Source of the DNA: Adineta vaga
Taxonomy: Eukaryota > Animalia > Rotifera
Assembly (NCBI GenBank): GCA_021613535.1
Contig: CP075496.1
Location: forward strand, 8,928,001-8,992,000
Direction: 5' to 3'
DNA length: 64,000 nt
Shown one piece after another: positions 1-12,819 of the stretch; positions within the stretch are counted from its first letter, which is position 1; every line of letters starts with the position of its first letter. The notes beneath the pieces were generated by a model, which was given only the letters and a program-made list of their open reading frames with translations, did not search any database and was not told the DNA's origin. A program made the position numbers and the translations under genes.

Positions 1-558
1 AGAAATATCCCAATGTAGATATTCACTTGTTTGCTAATATTATTTAAATATATGATGATGTCTGAAGACATTTGATTATTGCTTGTACAACAAGGAAAAT
101 AACAATTTACTTTTTGTAAGTAATAGAAATGAAAAAGAGAGTGACACGTTCTCTTTCAACTGAATATTTAACAAGATAAAAAAAGAAGAAGAAGAATAAT
201 CAATGTTAATTTTCTTCTTGATAAAACTCATTATATCTATCACCTGCTGTAGCATCATTTTAAATTGGCTGAGGCACTATTTTTTGCAGATGTTTTGCGT
301 CGGAGTAATAATGTCATCATAAATGTCAAAATATGTTTGATTTTCTTATTAAAAATAGTAATTAATTATCTTTGCCGATTCAAATGCTATACAATTCTCT
401 ATTTCTTTTCACAGTTGAATATTTATCATTTGAATTACGATACATCTCCATTGAAACTCTCCTCAAATTATAATTGTACGCATTAACTATAATTTTAACA
501 CTATTTGTAAGACGATGATCTCATCATAGATTATAAAATAGATTTATTTAAAATCTTA

Positions 559-1176
559 TCAAAAAGATGTTTCTGGACGATTTTTCAGATATTCTGAAAT
601 TTTCGGTTGTATTTTTACTGCTTCTAGATTGTCTTTCAACCATGGATACTTATCTAAACACGTCTTATCAAGCATAAGAAAACTTTCTCCTACATCAAAA
701 AACAATAAATCCACCCATGTCATATGGTTTCCAACAAAAAATTGTCCATCACCACCGTATTGTTTTCTTAAAACATCAAGATTTTGAAAATGTTTTGGTA
801 ATTGTTCTTTCAAAAACTTTTGAGTATTCTCTTCTCTCTTCGATGCATGAGATTGATCACGAACTGTTACAAAGGCAATAATTAAATCATTAATTGTATC
901 AGCAATTGCATCAATCTTTGCTTGTTCAAAATTATCTTTTCCAGCAAGTTGAAATTGTTTAGCAAGAAAACGCGCAATTGATATTGATTGTGGTAATTTC
1001 ACACCATTAAATTCGAGAACAGGTACTTGTCCTAAAGGTGTTTCACTTTTATGTTGTAGCCATTCATCTCTTTCATAACGAATATCTTCGTATTTTTGTT
1101 CAGCAACAGCAAAAAGTAAACGAGATACTTCACCACGACCACGACCATTCAGGTAATATAGTTTATATGTCGACAT
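559..1176 (-). CDS. Glutathione S-transferase, sigma class (intronless)
   Basis: 205-aa ORF with YKLYYLNGRGRGEVSRLLF, TPLGQVPVLE and QSISIARFLAK, typical of the sigma-class GST/HPGDS family. Confidence 0.95.
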   Translation of the reverse strand: MSTYKLYYLNGRGRGEVSRLLFAVAEQKYEDIRYERDEWLQHKSETPLGQVPVLEFNGVKLPQSISIARFLAKQFQLAGKDNFEQAKIDAIADTINDLIIAFVTVRDQSHASKREENTQKFLKEQLPKHFQNLDVLRKQYGGDGQFFVGNHMTWVDLLFFDVGESFLMLDKTCLDKYPWLKDNLEAVKIQPKISEYLKNRPETSF

Positions 1177-1825
1177 GTTTATCTACAAATGTATATTCTT
1201 ATCTCATACACAGACACATATGCTTTTCGAAAAGAAACAAATAGTAAACCAGTAGTTAATCGACTGAAGTAAACTAAAGATGTCTGTAGTTATTGACTAA
1301 TTTCGATCAATTCATGTTTTTTTCTCAACACATCAATTTTAAGCATTGATATTTCGTACACACTTAAAATATCCTTTTCTATTTTATCATCTCGCAAACA
1401 AATAACACTTTCATCAGGGTATGTTATAGGCATGCACCATAGCACAGTTCGACTATGAATATGTATTAAACTATCTTACAGTTTATCGATTATATTTATC
1501 ATGAATTAAATAAATCCATACCCAATCGAACTGACACGTGTTAAACTAGTTCGATAAAGATTCATATCGTAATTTTACATTGTTCAGTTGTATTACTAAA
1601 CTAGCTTTTATAGATCAGCAATGCCAAGAGAAGAAATAATTTATGTCAGTATAACAGAGTAAGATAAATTATACAGAATCTTATGTAGAATCCAAATCTT
1701 TATGAGCATGTTCTTCTATATGTCTATATTAATAAGAAAATTCAGTCTAAAAAAATCATTTCACTGTTGTTTTTTTGTGTCATTTCAGATCTACAGATCT
1801 CGATCATCTTTCTTGAAATAAATAT

Positions 1826-2892
1826 TTATGTAAGAGGCGCAGATGAATAACATCTCTTAATAGTACGATCACGTTTCACTGTCAACTCGTGAATCAATGC
1901 TCGTATTCTATTAGCATGAACTGAATCATTCGCACTATTGGTATTGATTGACGTTTTTAAAGTAAATTTTCCTAATTCCACTTGAAGATCACGAATGCGA
2001 TCATTATAAGCGTTTATCCTTTCATCTAAATATAAAGATTTATTTACAATATATTCAATTACTAAAGAGAGAATTTCTTCTAAGAATTATCTTCTACGAT
2101 ACATACTGTAATTTACTTGATTAAGAACTATGTGTCCATAACCATGTAATCCATTCGTTGAGAATGGCTTTTGTTTTTCATTACTTTCGCGATACACATC
2201 ACGTGCTACTCGTTGAAATAAATCAACAATTTGAATGTTTTCACGTCGAATATTATTCATTAAATGTTTGGTAAATAAATCATTACGATCTCGACTTGGA
2301 ATGACACTATGTTTTTGATTTGGAGCACAAGCAAATTGAATATATGTTCGAGGAAGTGCTTTCATTTTTCTCGCACGTTTGCTTATAGCTAAATAATTAC
2401 ATTTATTATTTCAATTTGCAGAACTACAACTAACTTACATTCGATTTCTGATTCATTTTCTAGCGAATATGGTTTGTAAGAATCAAGAATAAATAATGAT
2501 ACGTTATTGACGTTTTTTTCACTTAATCGTTCAATTATGTTACAAAACTTAGCACTACAATCGGAGATATCTTTATCAGTATCCATTTCACTATCATTAG
2601 CTGGTATTAAATAATTTTTTCCATCGACATAACGACAATGACCCGAATAATAAAATAGAACCATATCGTCTTTTCCGATTTCTTTCTCGAATCTTTTAAT
2701 CGTGCTCATTATATTTTGATCGATATTATAATACGCTCTAGTTATGAAACCGATTTCTTCTAATATCTGTTGTAAGTCTTGAACATTATTTGCGGCTTTG
2801 TTTAGGCGATTTTCGCCTCTAAAATAATCACTATTAGCTATAAGTAACGCTCGATTTCGTTGCATAGACGTATTATTATCAACACGTGCCAT
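1826..2892 (-). CDS. Caspase-family (peptidase C14, bacterial/paracaspase-like) domain protein with helical C-terminal tail; catalytic Cys absent
   Basis: RALLIANSDY, VLFYYSGH, NYLIP, LFILDS and TYIQFACAP motifs. Introns 2389-2438 and 2062-2106 (GT..AG on minus) join three exons in frame, ending at TAA 1826-1828. Confidence 0.85.
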
Positions 2893-3689
2893 TTGTTGTC
2901 TATATCTAAAAGATCATATACAAAAAAATTTAGAAGATTAAACGATTTTCAATTCATTTCGAGATGAAAATTTATCGAAGAAATATGAAGTTAAAGTTAT
3001 AATATTTTCCTTTTGTCTTCGTTAAACTTACCTTTCACTGAGAAAAAATGTTTAATAAACAATCGGTAACTACGAAGTAACGTGTTTCTCTCTCTACAAT
3101 TTGTCTTCAATTGAATAGACAGACGACAAATAAATGTCAACAAACAACTTTTTCTCTCTTCTGATCACTCCGAAGTATGTGTACTGCGGTCCGTTGACAA
3201 AATCAAAATTTTCTATTTCACATCGGGATGGATTGAAATAAAAGAAAAGACATCACTTTTGTCAAATAGTGAAAAAAAAAGATTGCAGAAAATGAATTAT
3301 TTCTTGTGAATAGAATGTTGATTTCAATAACACACGTATATTGTCATGATTTTTCGACTATAATATTTTATGACTATGATCTTTACATTTAAGTTAATTG
3401 TATAGTAAAAAGTACACAAAGAAAAAAAATGTCAATTTTTATTCGTCATACTTATAGTTAATATGAAAGAGTATCGAGTTGTTTTAACATGGATAATTAT
3501 ACGTTTTTGTAAATTGTTAGCATCAGCTATGGTTACTTTATGTCGCTAACTTACATATATAAATGTATTTTCTTTCTTTCTTTCTTTCGATCCCTACGCA
3601 TCTTTCTATTCACTATATGCATACTCGTTTTTTTCTAAGAAATATATATTGCATGGTGCTATTTCTTCACCTCTAACACTGTATGTATT

Positions 3690-3708
3690 TCTCTCTCTCT
3701 CTCTCTCT
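3690..3708. repeat. (CT)n microsatellite; a short (TTTC)n run lies near 3570-3590
   Basis: Directly visible tandem dinucleotide repeat. Confidence 0.8.
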
Positions 3709-4500
3709 TTTCCTTTTTTATAGCCCAGTCCTTGTTATATTGTACATATGATGATAAATCGAATAGATAGGTTTTCCTTCAAGAAAGCCTATGAGTTATT
3801 TCTGCAGTTAAGTTCGAAAAAAACTACTCGAAATCAATAGAAAAATCGAATTCGGTTAATTTTTCTCTATTATTGCTAGCCAGAGAGGTGAAAAATTTGA
3901 CACGTAACAATGGACCATTTCCGAAAGGAAAAAAATCACTTTTCTTTCGAGAAAGATATTGAAGTGACTGCTCGAATGAGTTTCCTCTTGCATATTCTAT
4001 ACGTAGCATACCGATTTTTAGTTGAGTGTTCTACTTGCGTTAGAAATTTACTTAAAAGAAGAGAGAACATTTGGAAGGTAATAACGCCGCGTAAGATCGA
4101 TTTTTTTTATTTAAAATTGTATACTACTTGAATTTTCTTCGAGAAATTATTCTATTCGACACCTTGTTTATAATATCGTTATTTATTGTGAAATCAAGAA
4201 AATATTATTGACAATACTATAAAAGGGTCTGCTTAAAACGTTTTTGAATCTTTAGATGCTATTATATTGCTTAATGAATTCCTGTGTGAAATACAACGAA
4301 CATTCTCATTAGTGAATAGTCTTTACAATGCTCATTGTCAACATATGTTCGATACAGAATACAAGATATGTTTTTCTCTTTGGTATCTGCCTGTTTTTAT
4401 GTTCTTCATTTCTAATTGGACTAGGTATACAAATTTCATAGGCGTTGCTCTGATCTAAGATATTGATAATTTTCTAGGATTACGTTTTCAAAACAACCGA

Positions 4501-5602
4501 ATGAATTTTTTGTCTATAACGTTGTTTTCTAGCACTACTTCAATGCAAGACTTCTCCATGTCTAACAATGAGCTTGCTCGTCTCATTGGTTCCGCCTATT
4601 CAATTGACATGATTTCTCATATTAATGGTGTAGCTTACGATTATTATTCTATAAAAGAAGTTTTTAATCGAAATCCAACGAAAGAATGGCTTTCTTTTCC
4701 ACTGCCGAACGAAAAGTTTTCAAAAATATGGTTTCCGAATGAGCAAAATAAAACAATATTTCCTATTCAAGAATCACCTTCAACAGTATCAGGCTTAGCT
4801 TACGTAGAACAGATCTATGTAATGACAGATGCAAGTTTAAATGATCGACATCGAAATCTAAAACGTGCATTTCATCGACAAAATATTCCTATTGAATCAA
4901 TTCAATGGCAATGGAAATGGAATAATACAGAATGCAATTTAAATAAAAATAAGGAAGAGATTTTTCGTAATTTAAATCTTGTTGATAAACCTGCAAGTAA
5001 ATATTTTGTTTTCCAAAGATAAAATTTGAATTCCCATTCATTTAGAAGGACATGATCGTTATTGTTCATTGATAATGAAAAATTTTGAAGCATGGAAAGA
5101 TACTGACAAGAGAAATTTAACTTTAGCTCTTTATCTTGAAGATGATGCGATTTTTGTTCCCTATTTCAAACAGAAATTTAATCGTTTTGTGTATACAGCA
5201 ATTCGAACAGGTGCTTTGAAAATACATCAGTCGTGTGCAAATTCATCTTTAGAACAAAATAGTCATGAATGGATAAATCAAGATTCGATATTTTTTATTG
5301 GAAGTTGTCTTGGTATGTTAGATTCTGCTTTTGATAAAAAACAACCAATATTATCAACACATAAAGCAATTCCGACACGATGTGCTCATGCTTACTTATT
5401 TACGAGTTGTTCAGCCAAAGCTGTTCTGAAACAAATTCTAGCAAAAAAGAACGAACTTTGGACGCCGGATTTCTATATGAATAATATTATACCACATTCA
5501 CCAACACTTCAATCATTTTGGATTGATCCACCACTTGTTTATCAAGGCAATAAAGTCAAAGATCTTGATGATATTTCATCTTTTAGAAGAACAACATACT
5601 AA
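4501..5602 (+). CDS. Glycosyltransferase family 25-like protein; 5' end probably extends upstream to about 4345
   Basis: VEQIYVMT..LNDRH, then (after intron 4997-5045) KGHDRYCSLIMKNFEAW, ALYLEDDAIF, CAHAYLF and PPLVYQ, matching the GT25 motif order. Confidence 0.75.
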
Positions 5603-5916
5603 TAGTCTTTATTAATACATTGTTTCAAAACTTTTCTCATAATAAAATTTCATCAACAAAGAAACTGAGTACTTGTTCGTTTATTTTCATGGTTCTATAC
5701 AAACAAAGAATTGACTCTTGTTAGAATCGATTTGATGTCTAAAATAAGAAACATATCTGATTTCTCTTTGTGTTTCTTTGTTGTCTGTTCTGTTATATTC
5801 TACAATTATCATATGTTTTCTTTTGTAACAACAGTCTCTGTCTATTTCGTAAACTTCAAGAAAAATCATTGATTTTTAAATAGTATTCACGTTCTCTTGT
5901 TGTAGATGTTCAAAGA

Positions 5917-8900
5917 ATGTTTCGACTTAATTATTACTTTCGAGATACCATCATGACACTTATTATACTACTGATTACTAAAATAATACTAATAAGAGGT
6001 AATTTATTGAGTAACGGTAACTTTATTCAAATACAAACGAATGGACAACCAAGTAATTGGGATAGTAGTATCAAACAAGGCAATGCTTCAATGAAGATTC
6101 TTTATCGATACTATTTAGCGTTCAATGTACTTCAAATTTCAGTCTACACAAATCGAACTTTATTTTCACTCATACAAATGATTCAATTAGAACAGAATAC
6201 AAACAAACGTTCACTCATTATAAGTTTTTGGTATCGAGTATCGATGATCTATAGTTCTGGACATATTCAATTCGAATTTTATAATCAATCCAATGTTAGT
6301 ATTACAAAAGAATATATAAGATCGCTGGTGAAAAATTCAACATGGTCTTATGTTCAAATAAAGAAATCTATTCCTATCGATGCAATCTTTGGAAAAGTTT
6401 TAATAACAATGAATCGCTGTCTTGGAAAAGTTTTATTAGCAAATATGTCCATCGAACAAATCGATCATTGGAACGATGTAAATTTTTTCGTATCTCCACG
6501 ATCTGATGGAACTCTATTTATTCGATGGAATTTTACAAACAATAAAACTCATATCGCACATTATGATGTTTATCGTAGTAAAGGAATATCAACGGGACTC
6601 GACAGTACTCATCTACTTGTTAGTATTCCCGTAATGTCAACTTACGGAAAAAATATCTATGAATCAATGTATACAGATCATATCGTTCAGTTGAATACAA
6701 TTTATACTTATCAAGTAATAGCTCGCAATTCGAATCGAACCATTCTTGATCAAACAAGACTAGCAATTGGTCAATCAGATTTAATAGAAGACTATTATGA
6801 TATTACAACACTGATCGCTTTTCTTAGAATCAATAGTATTCATCTCAATTGGCGACTCCGCGCAAGAAGTACGGCTAAATATATATCTCTTTACAATGGT
6901 ATTGATAATATTTCAAATATTCACAGTACTCATGCTCGATTATTAGGTACTTATGCAGTTCAACAGATGAAAACCATTGTTTCTTCATCAAATACGGGTC
7001 CTTTTCTTCTTATCTCTGATGATGGTAATCATATGGCTACTGCAAAATTAACTTATCTAATGCGTCCACGAATCGTTCTTACATCAACACGTCTTAACTA
7101 TTTTCGTGAACAGATAAGCCAATCAGGTCATGCACAAGAAGTGTTCAGAGCTCTTATAAAAACTGTCCATGGCTATAAACCTGATAATACTTTTAATTAT
7201 TGTTGGCCTGCTCGAGATGCTGCACTTCTATATGCCATTACGAGAAATATGAAATATATTGATATAGCTTTATTAGCATTAGAGATAAATAGAATAAATT
7301 ATACGATATACGATAATTCTGCGATTAAACTTCGTTTCGCTTTTAGTACAATGGCACGAGTACAAGCGTTTGATTGGGCATACGATGGTTTAACTATAGA
7401 ACAACGACGACGCTTGATTAGTGATTTTCGGTATGCTGCATCGATATTTACATCGTATTCAGGTGCCACGGGATGAACGATTTATGAATTTCATGATTAG
7501 ATCATTTTTTTTTCATTCATAGATGATCATTCTCGAAATCCAACGGACAAAGCGAGTAATTGGGTTGCTATTGTTAAATCAGCAGAATTGATTCAACATT
7601 TGACTCTTTATGGTGAAGAAGATTATCCAAATGATCAAGCTGAAAGACGAATTTTATTTCTTTTAAATGAATTAAAATTACATATCGATCATGCTTATGG
7701 TCCTTCAGGTTACATGCAAGAAGGTTTAAGTTATCTTGCATATACTATCTCAGCTCTTGCTCCAGCTGTTTATCTAACAAAAGATATGGGAATTTCTACT
7801 TTCGATGAAGCTTGGTTCCGACCTGATTGGCATAATTTAGCATTACATACAATTTCATTACGAAAACAAAGAAATGCTCTACAATTTGGTGTATCACAAT
7901 CTAGTTATTCTTATAATGGATTTTTGCCCTATATCTTCAATTCAACTGATGACCAAAATAGTAAAGCTGCACTTAAATGGTTTTATGATCGCACAATGGG
8001 AATGAATTCTTCATCGGCTGCATACGATGGTAAAGATAAAAGTGCAGCACTGTTCTACTATCCATATGAGACTTCATTACAACATCCATCTATTGTATTT
8101 CCACGTTCTACTTCGATGATTAGTGATAATATTGAAGGATTCTATGTTTTTCGAAATCGTTATCAAGATCAGAATGATGTATTAATTGCATTGATGAATA
8201 GAAATCGTCGCCATGCAGGATGGAATGCGAATGAAACGTTTGCTTTGTCAATCATCAGTCATGATACAACTTGGGCTAGAATGCCTGGAAAAGAATTTAA
8301 ACTTCATAGTCAAACAAATATGTTTAGTACACCACTTATTGATGGATGGCCTCGAGAACCAGGAAAAAGACAAAAACTTGCTTTTACAAAACTGGTAAAA
8401 CCATTTAGTAACCAAGGTGGTGGATTTGTTTCGCTGGATGCTAGTATTAATTTTAATATAACTCTAGCACAACGAGATATTCTTGTTGATATGATCAAAA
8501 GAAATAATATCGAAACAATAATTGCTTTACAAGATGATTTTGTTGATAGTCTAACGCATGTTTGGCATTGGCAACTTAGTCCAAATCCAGATGAAACAAA
8601 TATTACATTACGATATGAAAATAATCTGTCGACATTTATCATAAGAGGACGAAATGAAAGTTGGCTCAAAGGGTGGCTTTATAATCATGAAGATGCTACC
8701 TACAACAATACTGATGGTATCCTACGAATTCTGAAGTATGGTTTCAATGCAAATTTTAAGATTGTCATGGTACTTGGCAGTGGTATTGAGTCAATTGCAA
8801 GTAGAACAATAAATGGCATACAGATTGATAAAGTTTGTATCAATTTTAATACATTATCGGAAGGTTTACAAGTATGTTTTAAACTATTCGAATACATATA

Positions 8901-9330
8901 TTTATATTATTTTACTTTATTTTAGTGTCAAACAATTACTCCTGTGGATATTACCGTATGTATCGTACTTCCTTCATTTGATAGATATACGTATGCATTT
9001 TACTATTCAGAGACGATCAATTCTTATCCTTATCATTCTTACTACATTGATCGGTTTCTTTACTCTTGTTATTCTTGGTATTTTGATGAAAAGAATAATC
9101 AACAGGTAAAATATTAACATTTGAATCTAATTCTGTACAATAAATATTCTTTTAGAAATAATCGTGTCGGTTCAACAATCCAAACAGATATAATTGTAAG
9201 TAAAACTTAGTTTTGTTTTTTCTCTAAATTACATGCCTAACATATTTTTTAGAATGTAAATAATTTAACATCAATATCGAAAACCAGTATTCCAAATCAA
9301 ACGATTTATAGTACACACAGTCGATTTTGA
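5917..9330 (+). CDS. Secreted multidomain polysaccharide lyase-like protein (CBM-like, Fn3-like, alpha/alpha toroid, heparinase II/III-like); 3' exon structure uncertain
   Basis: Hydrophobic N-terminus; NLLSNGNF (CBM4/9-like start); YDVYRS..YTYQVIARN (Fn3-like); RPRIVL; AFDWAYD; intron 7463-7522 restores KASNWV; GYMQEGLSYLAY; GFYVFRN. A TM-like segment is encoded at about 9020-9100. Confidence 0.7.
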
Positions 9331-10220
9331 TCGACTATTCCATCGTCCAATATCTATTTTGAGAATAACGACTGTTGTCTCAGACAATCATTATCAAGCT
9401 TATGAAATAATTGAGTTATCGTATTTCAACGTTCTTGATTTATTGATTTTGGTACTAATACAAGCCGATCATTTGTTGAGTCAGATAGTTTCCATTTTAT
9501 TTTCTTCTAATTTCGTGGAGCATGATAACAAATCGATATTTTATTAATCAGTCAGTTGAACAAATTTGAAACTATTCTGCATCATCGAAGAATGCTGTCT
9601 CAATGTTTAATTCAAAGAAATTATTTCCCTGATGAGTTCTCAAAACTAAATTTATATTGTGGATATCGCTGAGTTCTAAGATCTTTTTCTTTATTGGTGT
9701 ACTAGCTATACTCCTTTGAAATTTTGCAACATTCGATCAAGTATATTTTCTTCTTATTGAATGTTTTTTCACTAGTTCATTGGCTTTTCCGTATTTCGAT
9801 GTACTTAATGTTAAACAGTTTATTTTTGATATAATATTTTTCGTTCGTTCAATATCATACCATATACTGATGTTATCAAAAGGTACTAAGATGATTATTA
9901 GACTTATCACACATGGTCGAACGCGAGAGTGATAAAAAACTGAATGAATCATACAGATCTGAATGATAAAAAATAGAATATCTTCACTCTATGATTTCTT
10001 ACCTACAGAATTGACTTTTTTCTTATCAAGGATATAGATACAAATACATATTGAGAGTTATATACGACAAAAAGAAGTATATTCAGACAACTATGTATTT
10101 TCTAAAATATTCTTATATTGATACGTTGCTATGACACTAAAAAGATATTATTAATAATTCTTGTTTGTAAAAGTAAAATAGAACAAACGCTTTTTTCTCT
10201 TTGTGTAATATTATTGAAAA

Positions 10221-11433
10221 TTATGTATTACAATTATTATTTTCAATCAAAAATTTTTGTACTCTATTGTTGTTTGAATCAAGTACAAGTAGATTGCCTT
10301 CGGAATCAAAAAGAACTCTTCGTGGTTCATTCAGTTCTTCTGCACTTGCACCTGGTTGATTCGTAACACCAGCAATAGTTGTATATTGATCTGGATTGGT
10401 CATATTCATTTTGACTATTCTGTGATGTTCACTATCTACAATAATAATAGTTCGATGAGCAGGATTTGAATCAGGTACAATTACAAATTCGTACAGACTA
10501 TCAAGTACATCATTTCCAATCGTACGAATTAATTCACCAAATTTATTAAATTGGCAAATCGAATTATCGTGATAACTTGCGACATAAAGATCATCATTCG
10601 ATTCGTCAACATGAATACCTATTGGTTTGTCTACTTCAGCAACCATTTTTCCTATTTTAGCACCAGGTGACCATTTCGTAACGCGATGATTTGAATGTTC
10701 AGATACATAAACATTAAAATTCTTATCAACATATAAACCCCAACAATTATCAATTTGTTCTAAGCTTTTTCTATGACCAGATTTGCCAATTATGGTTGTG
10801 CCATTTTTGAATTCGATGATTATGGTTATCTGCTATATATAAGTTCTCTTCTGTATCAACAAATAATGCTATTACATAATTTAATTCATGCGATTGATTT
10901 CCTTGTTCACTACTACCTGCCACAACATAACCTTCTTTAGCGTCTTTATCCCATTTAATTATTCGATGATTGTGAGAATCAGCTATGTAAATAGCATCAT
11001 TCTTGTCAACAAATATATCATTAGGAACAGCAAGTTGATTCAAAGCAGAACCGCCATTATCACTACCTGCAACAGTTATTCCTTACTTTGACCATGTAGT
11101 CGTTGGACAAATTCGTAATGATGATTCTGTCGGTCTGATCATAAAACCTTAAATGATAATAACATAGATACGAATCTTACAATGATTTGCTTTTCAAATT
11201 ATATACTGACTAGTATCGGTGCTTTGAGCGGTAGGTGTTGTCGGCTTTGTGGAACTTTGTACTGTGCTTTCGGAATTAGCTTCAGTTTTCTTCAATGCAT
11301 GATAAAGGAGCGACGAAATCAGAGAAAGAAGAACAAGTGATAAACTTGTTGTAACAATAATCAATATCCGATTTCTTGTTCTATATTTATTAAATAATCT
11401 TCCAGTCATCTCTTCACTTTGATAAAGTCTCAT
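10221..11433 (-). pseudogene. Type II membrane NHL-repeat (beta-propeller) gene, disabled
   Basis: N-terminal TM and Thr-rich stalk; NHL repeats (IYIADSHNHRIIKW, LYIADNHNHRIQKW, LLVLDSNNNRVQKF). In-frame TAA at 11083-11085 (TTWSK*GITVAG) and a frameshift at about 10800. Confidence 0.8.
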
Positions 11434-12819
11434 TTTAAAAGTTTCAGCACGAAGAATTGATGTTAGAACGTCTAGAATCACAACTAATTTATATAATCGA
11501 AGCAACGAATCATCGGAAAAATTTCCCACTACGTATCAATTACACCCATCCAATGGCTATTTTATCTTTGTGTGATTGAATTCCATCTTTCTAAAGTATC
11601 ATTCAAAGATAATACGAATAATAAAAAAACAACTCACCTATTACAAAATGACTCACCGGAATTACATATGAAATAATCTCTTTGATCATTCATTATTTTT
11701 TGTAGCTTTCGAAGAGAACTAATTATTTCTTGAAGATATGAATGTAAGTGAATTTGATAGAACAAAATGAAAGCTCTATTCTACAACTAAACTTCTAGCA
11801 CATGTTAATTAAGTATATCATTGAAATATGATTATTAATATTTTCAAGATCAAATATCAAAGGAAATGTATATGTACATCAAATCTACCATAAAGTATCA
11901 ATTGATTGTAGAAAGTTCCAAGGCTATATCATAACAGATCAATGTAATATCTAATCGCATTTTATAACTAAAATTTACTACGAGACATAAATATATATCT
12001 TGATTTGAAATAGTACCGATATCTAAAATGAAAAAGAAAATCCATATCGTCATCATTATATCGATCATGGAGATAAACTATAACTGATTGAATAGGTAAA
12101 TAGATTGAAAACTATTGTTGTTAAAATCAGCTATATCATTATCGATTACATTCAAACGTCTTTACATTTTAATTAGAATTTAATTCACATTCAATTGTCT
12201 TCAACATATTTGATTGTACTTCGTTTTATCAATATTCACAAAAGACGAAGGCAAAACAAAAAATCATACCCACATATATAAATCATATCTTTTGCATACA
12301 GCTAGTTTCATAAAGTAACCATATAAAGAACGCAACAATATGACTCGTTCATTTTTTCATTGACAACTTTTACTTTTCTTTTCACATTACATGAGATAGT
12401 GTTTATGACGATGGACCTTTTCAACTGTTTATTAAACAAATTCAAATTGCTATTAAGAAGAACTTTTAGCGGCATTGTCTTATAAAGATACGTGCATAAA
12501 AAAATCCACGTGGCGAACTATCGAGTGCATACTTTCTTTTTTTTTCGTTTGTATAACGTTGAAGTTATGTCCAATGTATTATACATACTATCGTTAAACG
12601 CATGACTGCATATTCTCATGTATATTTTTAGTAAGTATATATATCTAAGTAACAATTTTTTATGATAAATTTTTCAATATCTCATTCGAACAAATGGAAT
12701 AAATTTTACAGTTGTAATTTAATTTCTTGTGAAAGATTTTTTTAAGATTCTATAGTAAGATTACAAAAACGGCTTGTCGTCGACGTTCTTATAGTGTTGC
12801 ATATGGACTTTTTCTTCAG

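Noticed and set aside
76-486. Short ORFs of 60-110 aa here and elsewhere, overlapping or antisense to real genes
   Set aside because: Low-complexity I/F/L/K-rich translations expected from AT-rich non-coding DNA or shadow frames.
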